Below are positions 44,458 to 59,030 of a DNA stretch of 64,000 nucleotides, piece by piece. Location of the stretch: NCBI RefSeq assembly GCF_009914755.1, contig NC_060932.1. One strand, 5' to 3'. Numbering within the stretch: the stretch's first letter is position 1; every line of letters begins with the position of its first letter. This stretch comes from the human T2T-CHM13v2.0 reference genome, Homo sapiens. The translations under genes and the position numbers were made by a program. The notes beneath the pieces are model-generated. The model worked only from the letters and a program-made list of their open reading frames with translations, did no database searches and was not told the DNA's origin.

Positions 44458-45307
44458 TTCTAGGCCAAGTGGGAGAAATATACATGTATGGTCATTTGCA
44501 TTGTACGTGTGGGGCATGGGAAAATTGCTACTGAGGTAACACATACAGAGATAGACATATAAATGTATTGTTGGAAGGGGGCTTCTGGAGGAAAGTGATG
44601 AGTATTTTGAGAACTTGTCACTAACTCAAAGCTCTTAAAGAATGAGCATGCATGGGAAGAAGCAGGAGGTAAATAAATTTGTATAGGCTTTAGCAATGAA
44701 TGTTTTTAATGCTTCATTAAAGACCCCACTAGATTGAAGAAGAGGTGAAAACATACAGACCTGAAAATGCTAGCTAATCAAGGGCCTTGGAATAAGAGCA
44801 TAATCTGTCTGGTATTAAACATCCTAAAAGGAGCAGATAAAAATAAAGTGGTAACATTGATGCTGGTTCACAATGTGGCAAGGTATGGCCTGGTCTCCAT
44901 GATAAAATTTGCTATGACTGCCGCTTGTGTGCCTGCTGGGAGCAAAGTTGGTTACCTTAGAAGGGACAATTGAGAATTATTTCTTTAATTGGACTAATTC
45001 CTCAATTGCCTATTACAACATAGTACATAACAATATAGCAGATGGTAGACTGTGAGGTGGACCAATTTCTTTGAATAAGTACAAGGATAAAACTATATTT
45101 AGGGAAATGACTAGGTCCCTAAAAATAACCTTTAGCCCAGCAGTTTTTAGAGCTAGATGAGACCAGATTCAAACCTCAACCCTGCTGTCTGCTTGCTGTA
45201 TAATCCCAGGCAACTGAAAAGCAGTCAAGTGAATACAATTTGATCTAAGAGTGCTTCTATTTTCCCATATTTTGTTGTAACTAAAATATATCCTCTTTCT
45301 TCTTTAG

Positions 45308-45758
<451 letters not shown>

Positions 45759-46863
45759 GCACATGGGGTTTTGCTGCTTTGTTTTCACTGTAACTTTCAC
45801 TCAACCCTGCTTCCATTTGGTCATTCATTTTTCCTTTTCCTCTGCATTGCCCTTTCTGGATGGTGTTTCATGGAAAGAAAGGTGTGCTTTTTATTTGGGG
45901 TAGTTCAGAGTCCTGGTTGGCAGGCGGGATGTCAGTACCTGGCTTTCAAATAGACTTGATGATTGCAGATAGGATTTCCTTCTGGAAAATCTGTGTTGGC
46001 ATTTTTCAAATTAGGTGAAATTTTCCAAACAGCCTGTAGCCCGAGATGGCCAATGTCAAAGTTGGAGCAGGAGGAGGTTTGTCTTTTCTCAGAGGGGTCA
46101 CTCCACCCCCTTGCACGTGCACATATGCCATCCATCAAAAGTACATGCCACCCCATTCTCAGCACTTCCTTCTCTACTCCTTTGAGGGTTTTCACGTTGT
46201 CTGCACACCATCTGGGACTCCTTAGTGGCATACACCACTCCCAGACACCCACACAATAATGCAATGTTTTCCAAATTCCAGCACCTGTGTGCCATATTCC
46301 TGAAGTTTGTTATACCTCCGCATGATCTGTTTATTTATTTGGATTGACTTACAGTTTTTGACCTAAATACTTTTCAAAATCCATGTAGTTACCCTAAACA
46401 GAAAATCAGTATTTTTATTTTTTAATATATTAAAAAATATTTTCTCCTCTACTAGCTTTTTAGTTAAATATCCAAATTTTCATAGATACCCTAGAGATTT
46501 CAATATGAATCCTTAGCTTATTCCAGTCTACCTTAAATTACTGCTTTTTGGCTTAAGAATTTTATAACAATGTATAATACCTTTTTCCTTTTTGCTACTC
46601 TTTTTCTATCTATTTTGTAACTCTATTGCTATAAACCCCTTAAGATATTATTGTTGTTGTTTCAAATACTCACTATTCTTTCATTTTTTTTCTAGCTTTA
46701 TTGAGGTATAATTGGCAAATAAAAATTGTATATATTCAAGGTGTAGATACATAGATCTGCAATCTTCAATGTGATGATTTATGTTTACAATGTGTAATGA
46801 TCACCACAATCAAATTATTTTTGAAGTATACATTTTATTTTCTTTTTTGATAGTCAAATGACA

Positions 46864-47077
46864 TCTTTATTTTATTTTATTTATTTTAAAAACTTCAATA
46901 TCCCTTAGGGTACAAGGGGTTTTTGGTTACACGGATAAATTCTCTAGTGGTGAATTCTGAGATTTTAGTGCACCCGTCACTGGAGCACTGTATACTGTAC
47001 CCAATACATAGTCTGTTATCCCTCACCCCGCTTCCAAACCTCCCGTCTTTAGTCCCCAAAGTCCATTATATCACTCA
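46864..47077 (-). mobile_element. L1PB-type 3' fragment
   Basis: ttttggttacacggataaattc...gattttagtgcacccgtcac. Confidence 0.75.
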
Positions 47078-47808
47078 AAATTTTTAATCACATTTTAAAA
47101 TACACATTAAAGACAACATATAAATGACCAAAATACAAGTGGTTTGGCTGTATGCTAGTCTAGATAGTCCTGAGTGCAATCAACAGCACATGCCCCACTC
47201 TTGAGATCATAGTCATGGTATTGTCAAAAGAATAAGCCTCAAATCTGCTACTTGTTAGTGTGGCCTTGGGCAAATTGCTTAACTTCCCTCAGCCCAAGCT
47301 TTTTCAATTCTAAAATGAAGATAATAATAACCATCGTTCAGGCAAATTGTGAGGATTACAGAGAAAAAATGTATGTAACGTGCTTACGATGTGGCAAATA
47401 TTCAATAAATAACTACTATTATTATTGTAATGATGGGGCTTTATGCACTTGCCCTATATCTTTCCCTCATCCCTAAAAAATAATTAATCTAATCAATACT
47501 GTCAAGCAAGAGTGGGCCATATATTAAGCCAGACCCCAGCGCCCCCCGATTGCATATAGGGCCAGCCCTTTTATAGAAGAGGTGTCCTGAACTCTCTGTC
47601 GTGGAATATCTTGAGACCTTAAAGGCTAGACAGTGAATAAATTTATCTTAAAAGAAATAGTCTCCATCTTCAACAGGCCTAGGAAGCCTTTGGTTGGGGT
47701 TCTGGTCTTGTGCTTGGCTGTTGATGTGACACTGTTGTGGCTTCACTAATGAAACCTCCAAGTATTTCCTCTGTTTTGCTCCTATGGCAACTTCACAGCC
47801 TTCCTTAG

Positions 47809-48135
<327 letters not shown>

Positions 48136-48331
48136 TAAAAGACTGAGATTGTTGAATTGTTTTATAGTCTTGTCCTTAAAATATAAATTAGTGAGTTTAT
48201 TATTTATTCTCTCTATTTCTCCCAAGCAAAAGAAAATCTCCCACAATGGCAAATAAATTAATATAAGGTATTTTAAAAATATTTTGTGTGGTTACATAAA
48301 TCATTAACATTGATAAAAGTTATATAAATCA

Positions 48332-48647
<316 letters not shown>

Positions 48648-49377
48648 TTAACATTAATTTCATTTGTTTTTGTTAGGGGAAGAGAGATTGTTTAATTGGC
48701 TTTAGGAAAAAAGTCTTCTTTCTTTGCTGTAACAGAAAGGAACAGTGTAAATGTATAAATTATAGTTAGACAAGATTATTTTTACCATCTTGAAAAGATA
48801 ATTCCGAGGTATTTTTATTTTGTGAGTAAGCTAAGAGAGAGAGAGAAATAATAGAAAATGATATGAATGGAAGTCAGAGGTCATTAGGAAAAGTAAATAT
48901 GTTGATTTTCTGCTTGGATCCAAATGATAAACACTGGCTACCTACTTTTCTATTGTCTTGTAGAAACAATATCTTATTGCCTCCCCAAACAACAATTTTT
49001 GCATATCACAATGTCTAAGATTAATAGGAACCTATGTATTTTAAAAATAATTTGTGTTATCTCTGTAAAATCTTTTATTTTTAAATTTTCAAAAGTGTTT
49101 ATTCAATCGTGTTTTGAAGACCAGTCCTTGTGAAACTGCTCCTGTTTGCAGAACCCTTCCATTTTGACTATTTTACTCTTCTCTTTTTAAGCCATGGCTA
49201 TCCCATTGGTTGATAAATACATACTGTATTTACTTTTTTATTATACAAGTATTACATATTTATTGTGTAATATTTAGAAAACACAAGTATATAAAGGGGG
49301 TAAGATTTAAAATTACCCAACATTTCATCATCCTTTGCATCTGGTCTTTTTTCTATCAATATGCACTTCCTCTTCTA

Positions 49378-49712
<335 letters not shown>

Positions 49713-49932
49713 AAAATAGCAGACAGACCACATCATGCATAATGTTTTGCAATCTGTTCTCTCAAGTCATAAAACATTTATCTTTTGTATACTAACTCAT
49801 TGTAAATTGATGGATTTCCCAGCTCTGACTATGCAGCTTTGAATGAAAATTTTTCCAGAAGTTAATTTCAGATTCAGGGATGCTTGTGTGTTGTCTGCGG
49901 TGTGATACAGTTATGTTTCTATTTCATTCCAG

Positions 49933-50049
49933 TGTTCTTGGGTGTTACCAATCTCCAAGCCAAACATGTTGAAATGACCAGCTTGTGTGCCCACTGGCAG
50001 GTACATCGCCATGCCACAGCCTATAGGGTTGTTATAGAATCCCTCCAGG
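49933..50049 (+). CDS. COL14A1: COL14A1 exon: first half of FN3-8 (LFLGVTNLQAKHVEMTSLCAHW...ESLQ)
   Basis: ttcattccag| and G|gtgagt; 117 nt, phase 1-1. Confidence 0.95.
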
Positions 50050-53000
50050 GTGAGTACAATCCATCACTTATGTTTTTGTCAAGCATTTGTGTATTTGATT
50101 CTTTGCACACCACTGTGTACAACACACAAGTAGCATTAGACAACAGCCCTCTTGTCAAGGAAGCAATTTGTATTGGTCAGTCATGCTGCATATGGGGTCT
50201 GACTGGTTGGGTAAGTGAATTACTAACCCTCTGGAAACCTCCCTTTTTCTTATCTGGTAATGAGTATAGCCATAGTGCTGATTTTTTAGAGTTCTGTGAA
50301 GATAAAGCTGAGATATTCCACATAAAGCACTTGCAGTAGTGCTTTGTGCACTGGAAGGACCCCAAAAATGTTAGCAGCCAGATAGCCAAGACTAGCATAC
50401 ATTAAAATTATATTGTACTCTAATTTGGGTATTCACTCTCTAGGGATCAAGTTTAAATTTAATGTTTTTCTTAGTGTTTTTTTTTTTCTTTTGGGGATAA
50501 TTGGTGAGCAACAACCCTCATTCCAGAGATTTAATGTATCTACAGCATCATGAACAAGTTCTTCAGCATTACAGTTCTCATGTACATCCACAATTTGGGA
50601 CTTGTTCCAAGGCTGAAACAGTAAAAATGTCTCACTGTCTTCATTAAAAATATCGAGAACAACAACAAATGGCTGATTCCCCAAAAATCAGTATCTAGAG
50701 CCGGTTAATCCTCTTTTCCCAATATCAGCATGGACACTATGCAGAAGATGAAATCAAATAATAAAAATTACTTAATCAGATTTATAGAAACAATAGAAAA
50801 GCTATATCTTATTATTTTATGGGATTATAGGAGATGCTAAAGAATCCCAAATGATTTTTTAAAATCTTCCAAACTTGGGAGTAAAATTGTTAAAAATGTA
50901 GCCTGTTCTTTCTGGGCAAATGATCTTGGTTTCCCCATTTCAGAAAAGCAAAATGACCTAATTATTTCTAGTCCAGATAAGACTGGGTTTAGTAGCCCAT
51001 ATTCCTGACTATAGCTATATTCAAAATCCATAAATCCCATTTTTGATCCAATCCATAAAGTGGAAAGCATAGTTTAGGAGAGCACTGAGAGCATTTGGAA
51101 ATATGTCCCTTGTAGAATAAGAACTGAGATACGTGGAACATACGAGAAGAAATTCCTGCCAATCCCAGCCAAGATATCATCATGATAGACATGTGGCACC
51201 ACTGCTTCCTTGAGTCCCTCTCTATGATGTAAGGATCCTTCCAGCCTGACATTGGCTTGACATTTGGGAGTGGTATTAACCTGGAACAAACATTGAGGGA
51301 TAGAAAGTGAGGATAAGTCACATGGATTTTATGGTTATGTTAAATATGATTTATGGGATGCCAAAAGTAGATAAAGCACAGGCAACAATTTGAGAAACAA
51401 CTATGAAATCTTGAGTTATGTTTCCTATATTTCTTTAAGTCACGCTTTAATATGGAAGGGTTGGCATTTAATGGTATTTGCTAAGCCTAAGAAAAAATTC
51501 TAAGTTTAATAATCACCCTCCCAAACTATCCCACAGTTCTTTTATATGATTTATCCTTTTATATGATTTAGGAAATTGAAATGAAGGAACGTGGGTTCCT
51601 GTGGATATTCGTTGCCTTTCATAAAAATTTATCACTATATATGTTGACACAACGATGTATAAAAACTGGCTTTATCAATGGAATCAATAAGATTCATAGT
51701 TTTTTAAATTAAATGCTTTTAGTTTAGCATATTTGCAAAGCAGCCTTGAGAGTTTTATCAGAGGATATGATTGATTTGTCTGATAATACTGAACTGGTCA
51801 TCTAAAACCACAATAAGCTCTTTCTGAAGCCAAGATCTTTGCTGGCAAGTAAATGAGTCCACAGTTGCTTTTTATCTTCAAGTTAAGTGAACTTATACTC
51901 CCTCAGTATTATTTTCAGGCTGCCAGAAACTTTTTCAGCTGAACCTTTATAGTCTTAATTGAACAAGAACGAACAAAAGTGTTGTTCAATGTACTTCTCA
52001 TCAACATTTGTTGCTGAGAGATTAGATTTGTGAACAAAATTAGCCACATTTCATTCACACAGTTGTCTTACTGAATATTATTTATCAACTGGACAGCAAA
52101 AGATTCTAATTGACAACTGGAAAAGGAATGTTTGATGGAGGAGTGAGTGTGGGGGTGGCAGTAGGAAATGTGTTTGGATAGTTTAACTCATACAAATTAG
52201 ATCAAGGAATAGTCTTCCTACTTTGGAATGGAGAAGAATTAGGTTGAGTTTCATTATCTTATAGGGGAATGTGTTCACCATTCTGATTCACTGACTTTAA
52301 AGGACTTGTGGTAAGATGCCCATTCTTCCACAGGCAGATGAGTCTCAGACCCTCAGGTGTTTTGACTGTAATATTGGCTACATATGCGGTCTCTGCAGAA
52401 ATTTCAGTCTTTCCACTCCAGGCAAAGGAGATACTAGGAATAAATGAGACCCAATTTCCCCATGTGTTGGAATGAAGCTTTATCCCAGTTGACCTCTTTC
52501 TGAATGCCTCCGTCAAATCCTTACAGTTTGATAGGTAATTTTTTCCAGTTTTTTTCCCATATATTTTTTCATAGCTTGAGCATGTGCACTTTTATTCTGA
52601 GATTAAGTCAGTAATGAAGTCTCTACTGTAACCACAACCGCTGGTCAACTTTCTTCTCTGGGCTTCAGCTTCTGTGAAATTATTTCATCTAAGTCTATTA
52701 ACTGAGGCAATAACTGCAATTTTGCAAGGTTTTTGTGAGTAGAATAGCCACGTTGTATCATTCAGGCTTGTTTATTAATATTCACAGAAATCTAGATAAA
52801 CTTAAGCCAAAGGGTCAATTTATTGGCTAGTATACTGAGAAGTCCAAAAGTCTCTGGCTTCAGGCACATCTGGACCTAGGTGTTCAATTTCCTAGAGATA
52901 AAGTCTTGCTCCTTCTTGTGTTCTGCTCTTCTATGCCTTCATTTTCAACCAGGCTCAGTGAGTCAGATCCAGAATTACATTCTCCCAGCTTCCAGCTTTA

Positions 53001-55643
53001 ACAGTCTTGGTGAAAAGAGAGCTTCTCTTTCTCAATAGTTCCAACAGAAGTCCAGGAACTGAGTCATATTGGCCTGGTTTGGGTCACATGCCTCTAAATC
53101 TGTCATTGAGTGCAAGGGCATGAAATAAACTGACTGTTTGGACCTGGTTGCCTTCCACCCCTGTATCTGGTGGTGGTGGCTGGAGGTGGGGGTGTTATTC
53201 AATCCTCCCCAAACCATAAAGACCAAGACTGAGGAGGAATGGATGCAAAGAAAGAGATTTCAGATACAAGACAGGCAAAAGCAACAGATGTCCTTTACCC
53301 ATGTAAATATTATGACATTTTTATGGCCAAGAAAAAAAAAAGATTACCAGAAGGACAAAGTCTTCTCAGGAAAGACTGAAATAAAATCTGCTTTTGACTC
53401 AGTCATCCATTTGCCAAATTAAATGATAGGTTTTTGGTTAATTCTAGGACAGCCCAAAGTGAGAGATTTTTGGTTGGCCTTGGGTAATTCAGAGCCCTGT
53501 GAGGTCCTCCATTAGTTCTGCAGATGCTATGGGATTTTATCCCTCTCTCCAGCTGTTTTTGAGTTGCCTTGGCACCTAAGGTTGACTTCAAATTCATGCA
53601 TTTATTAATATATGCCACATAGGCCCAAACACTTTATTCCCACCCTAATCCCCACAACTTGATGAACTTCTTTGTAACCTGCTTAGATAAAGGTTTAGAG
53701 GATGCTCCACTTGTCCCTATTTAGGTGCTGAGATGTCAGCTTTGCAGTATTATTTATTGACAAGGATAGAGAACTGCAGCATAGTGGAGAGCCTACCTTA
53801 CCAAAGACCAGGTCCACAGAAAGCATCATATGGAACAAAACCTATGATCAGAATTAAACTTTCTGAAGCAGTGACATTATGGGGAGTATAATTATTTATA
53901 TCATAAAATTCTACCAGAGTAGTTACCTGGATGCTGGATATTCTTTGCTTGTGGAACTCAATAACTACTTGTAGGACATTTTGATAAGTCAAGCTGGTGG
54001 CGTTATAATTATAATTATACGTTTATAATCTGGAGAATGGATTTAGTGTTGCTTCCTAAGAATGAGTGCACAAATAAAGACAGATTTTTTCCCTGTGTTT
54101 CAAAAAAATAAATTAACTTCCTCCTTTTGGCATGAGAGGTTGAGGAAATTAGTCACCATTTGGTCAGTTTGAATGTTTTCCTTAAGGCAAAGCCAATAGG
54201 CCTGAATTGCACATGCCAAAAGCAACATGGATACACCCCCATTCATGGAACCCCTCTTTGTTAGTATTGGGAACCAAATTGATACTGTTTGCCATTAATC
54301 TTATAGTGCTTGTTCCAGTTTTCCAATGTTTATAGATTTATTATTTTAGCAGTAAGATCTACTTATATTCTGTTTTCAAGGGTCTTTAAAGTCCATGGGT
54401 TTCTACATGAAATAGGAAATGTGACAGAAAAGTGCATTTCTAGAATTGACTCCTGGAGAGTCCCCGGAAGGTTTGTGGAGGTAGATCAGTATGATCCACG
54501 CATAAAATTCAGGAAATGTTTGTATTACAGGTGGCTCACAGAAGCTTTTAGGAGGCTCTAAGGGATAGCTAAGGGTCAAAAAGAAACAGTTATTGTGGGA
54601 TTCAGAGCCTGGAAACCATAGACTAAACTTGGACCTAAGCAAAGCGAAACACTGAGTTGACTAAATTTTACTTACTATCAAACCCATTTCACATAATATA
54701 TAATCTCACAAACACTTTAACAATTTTTAAATGTTATCATTTTTCATAATATAGGAACAAGAAATGATTAAAGTTGACACTATTTACTTTGAACAAATAC
54801 ATTAATAAAAATTCTGTTATAAAGTTCCCTTCTGAAACTAATATTCACAATATATAAAAATGAATTTAAAATTCTATTTAACAAATAGCTTTAATTCATT
54901 TATATTTTTAAAAGTCTATATTTGTCCATAGACAAAATTTAAAATAACATATATCATGTTTATTCTGATATATGCATATTATAATATACATATCTTTGCT
55001 TCAATATATGCATATCAAAATATGGATGGCAATTTAACTAGGTTTGATGCTTATAAAATAGACAAAAATTGTGTAAAATTTTTGCATTTTACAGTTGAAA
55101 AAGCAACTGGTATGCTTTTATATATTGTAGATTCTGTTTATTCTTCATAAACTCCTCTGCAAATAACATTTTGAAGGAGCGGATAGTTCTTTTTAACCAC
55201 TAAATGATATGTGTAATATATTTAATCAATGCAGTTTTTAAACACTAGTTTTTCAGCCCCTAGAAATAAAGCGTTATGAGGCTTTGATTAAACAAATGCA
55301 ATTTATGGATAAGATGATCAATCTAGAGGGAAATTTGAATAATTGTTTTTTCATGGTAGCAGTGATTCCTCCTCTTAATCAGTTGTCCATTGTGGTAAAA
55401 ACAACAACAATGCTCTGTGCCTACGAGGAAAACACTTGAAACTCTTCAATAATGAAAGCCACCCAAGTAGGCTCTGTGGAGTGATAAAGCATCATCTAAT
55501 CTCTAGCCATCATGTTTGTACATTTTATATGCACTCAACAGCTCTCAGATGGTTTCATTTTGGAAAACTATATATTTCATTTACATTTGCTTAGAATATA
55601 TCAGTGGAAATTAAAGCAACGTCCTCTGAAACTGAGCTTTAGA

Positions 55644-55935
55644 GTTCTGAATGCAGGGGGATGAGCAGAAGTGGGTCAAGGGGTAGAATAATACAGTTAG
55701 GTAGAAGGAGTAAGTTTTAGTGTTTGATAGTACACTAGGGAAATAATAGTTAACAACAACTGTATATTTCAAAATAGCTGGAAAAAAAGAATTGTAATAT
55801 TCCCAACACAAAGAAAAGATAAATGTTTGAAGTGATGGATATTCCAATTACCTGATTTGATCATTGTACATTGTATAGAGGTATGAAAATATCACACAAA
55901 CCCCCAAAATATGTACAACTATTATCTACCAGTTT
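55644..55935 (+). mobile_element. L1MA-type 3' fragment
   Basis: aatacagttaggtagaaggagtaagttttag...ttcccaacacaaagaaaagataaatgtttga. Confidence 0.75.
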
Positions 55936-56883
55936 AAACAATCTCAGTTCTGCTAATTAGAATAAGGACTTGAAGAAGTTATTAACTTTTCTGACCTTTA
56001 GTTTCTTCTCTTTAAATTGGGAATAATTATAAATGTTATAAGAATCAAATGAGATAATACATATGAATTCCTTAGAATATTGCCTGGCACATGATAAGCA
56101 CTCATTAAATGTTGGCTATTATTATCTTTATTGCTGTTGTTATAATTAAATAGCAAGCACAGAACCTGGATATAATAAACCCTCAAGAAATGATGAATAT
56201 AATTAATCCAGATTCCTCAGTCTCAGGACCTAAGGGCCAGCACTAGTTCTTCCAGGAGATGTACAGCAATTTTTCTATGGATGTGGGAACAAAGAAACGA
56301 GCCAATAGTTAGTCAGGTCTCCAGAGTTCTTTGTGCCTCTGTCATGGTGGAGAAAAAGACAGAGAAGGTGCCATATGAATTGGCTGTGTATGACATGTCT
56401 CCTTGGTAGATAAAAAAAGAACCAGAAATTGAGACTGAACTCTACAGCATATATGGCCCTATGCTATGTAAGCACCATGTCCCTTTTCCTCAATTAAAGG
56501 ATTTTCAGAGTGGATGCAGGGCATTTGGAGAGGCCCCTCTGAACTCCCTGGGAATGTCTTTTGCAATTGAAGGAAACCACTGGTATCAGTTAAAAGTCAA
56601 GGCTGAGAGGGAGATACTGGGCAGGGTGAGGACTCCTTGGTGGTCCCAGTGCTGCTGCAAGCTCTTGCCTGCTGTTGTGGCAGCTTTGAAGACAACCTGG
56701 ACCCATGGACCAGGGCTTCTGAGACCCATACCTGTATCTTTAGACCACTGCCTAGAAGGGTGGTCTGTTGGGTGGTAATAAGTTATATGAGGCCAAAAGG
56801 AAGTATCTGTTTATGTTATATAACATTGGGCTGTGTTCAGAAAATCATATCGAATAAAAGGGAGTTCAGATTTAAAAAAAATA

Positions 56884-57194
56884 GGCCAGGCATGGTATCT
56901 CGTGCCTGTAATCCCAGCACTTTCAGAGGCTGAGGCGGGTGGATCATCTAAGGTCAGGAATTCGAGACCAGCCTGGCCAACATGGTGAAACTGCATCTCT
57001 ATTAAAAATACACAAATTAGCTGGGCATGGTGGTGCACGCCTGTAGTTCCAGCTACTCAGGAGGCTGAGGCAGGCGCATTGCTTGAACCCGGGAGTAGAG
57101 GTTGCAATGAGCTGAGATCGCACCATTGCACTCCAGCCTGGATGACAGAGTGGGACTCCATCTCAGAAAAAAAACAAAAACAAAAACAAAAAAA
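56884..57194 (+). mobile_element. Alu (AluS-type)
   Basis: Full dimer with (CAAAAA)n tail. Confidence 0.92.
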
Positions 57195-57560
57195 CCCCAC
57201 AAAGATTAAAAAACTAAATAAATGCCCTCACATCTGCATCTGTCCAAAAGATCAGTTAGGATGTGTGCATATAATTACATGCATTAATAGTTCTCCATTA
57301 AGTACAGAGTTGATTTCAGAAGTCTTTTAATAGTAAACTTCATTTTTGGACATATAAAATGTGATTTTCCATAGAAAAATACCAGTGAATATATTAACTC
57401 TTTGGAAGAAGATACAATACTTCAAACAAATATAACTCATTCTGGAGTTATCTGATGTGGGCTAACATGTGAAGTATTTTAGAAGCAAATCATCTGCCAA
57501 TGGCTGTGTTTCAAAAATTTCATATGTGTGTGTTTTTGTTTTGTTTTGTTTTTATTATAG

Positions 57561-57707
57561 ATAGGCAAAAGCAAGAATCCACTGTGGGTGGAGGGACAAC
57601 CAGGCATTGCTTCTATGGACTTCAGCCTGATTCTGAATATAAAATCAGTGTTTATACAAAGCTCCAGGAGATTGAAGGACCTAGTGTGAGCATAATGGAA
57701 AAAACAC
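57561..57707 (+). CDS. COL14A1: COL14A1 exon: second half of FN3-8 (DRQKQESTV...[12 protein letters not shown]...MEKT)
   Basis: tttattatag| and C|gtaagt; 147 nt, phase 1-1. Confidence 0.96.
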
Positions 57708-58649
57708 GTAAGTCATGTGTGTTCTCTCCTGATCCCTCTCCCCATGAACAAACAGAATTTCAGGCATCCTGTTTCCTTATCCCATTTAGAAAAATATTAG
57801 CTATTGCTGTTCAGGAATATACGTAATACAAGTTTTGTTCCTCTTACTCAACCCCAGAATTCATTGCATATGGCCCACTGATGTCATCAATATGGGTTTT
57901 TTATTTCCATTCTCCATATATGTTTCACAAGAGACTAGAAGGCCACACGATAGTAAAGCAGTTGAGACAATGACTTACATTGTGATCCAGATCCATAAGG
58001 AACATTTGTGGCATGTGGAGTGTGAAATGCAGTTTGAGGACGACTTGGCTCTGACATTAAAACAATGGCATATTACCACAGCCATGAGGATGGGAAGGGA
58101 GCCAAGATGTTCCAACTGGATGACCCTAGAGTTACTGCTTGCCTAAGAAGCTCTTGCACTTTTTCCAAGCTGACTGCAGATGTGATGCACTAAAGGGAAA
58201 GGCAAAGTATAAAACTAAAACAAAGCTCTTTTTACATGTTCCAAAGAGCAAGGAGAGTGTCAACTTCTTGAAATGGCTTCTAGTCAAAGATTCTTGACCC
58301 CGGCTCCACAAACATTAAAATGGTTTGAAATGCAGTGAATTCTGGGGGACATTTGTGTGCTTAACTCAGTATGTTGAATTTAAACTTGAAATTCCGGGAG
58401 GATTTGTGTCTGAATAGGTGTTGGGCAATGGGCTTTCTTGGTGACCCGTCTATCATGTACATGGCATTTAGAAGGGATTACTATCTGTGTATAGCTCTTC
58501 CAGCCTCTCTGGCACTTGCAGAGGGAAATCATGCACATGTAACCTTCAAAAAGAGAGGATAAAAGTATAATAAATTAAATCATCTTCTTTTACGTAATAC
58601 AAAGACTTTATTTCACAACACTTAAATATGCAGTATTTCATATTCCACA

Positions 58650-59030
58650 TGTATTTTTGAGGTATAATTTATATAACATAAAATTTAAGTACCATTTTAA
58701 GTGTGCAGTTCAATAATTTTTAGTACATGTAATGAGTTGTATCAGCATCCCTACAATCCAATTTCAGGACGTTTCCATCAACCCAAAGAACATTTCCTGC
58801 TATTTGAAGTCGATCTCCTTTCCCACCCTGAGCCTCAGACAATCTACTTTCTTTTATTATACATTTGCCTTTTCTGGACATTTCACATAAGTGGAAATAT
58901 ATCATATGTAGTCTTTTACATCTGGCATCTTTCACTTAGCATATGTTTTTGTGGTTTATCCATGTTGTAGATTGTGTCAGTAGTTTGTTTCTTTTTATTG
59001 CTGATTAGAATTCCATCTTATGGATTGTAA
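58650..59030 (-). mobile_element. Old L1M 3' fragment
   Basis: tttgaggtataatttatataacataaaatt...gccttttctggacatttcacataagtgga. Confidence 0.7.

Noticed and set aside
49998-50006. Exon-internal CAG|gtacat cryptic donor
   Set aside because: Weaker than the authentic G|gtgagt 49 nt downstream; no supporting evidence
49884-50339. ORF-track proteins extending beyond exons (also 2791-3069, 4308-4610, 57500-57826)
   Set aside because: Exon plus chance intronic read-through; true boundaries are set by GT/AG sites and phase continuity
51539-51570. Tandem micro-duplication cttttatatgattta x2 (similar 13-bp case near 17250)
   Set aside because: Common slippage product with no functional hint
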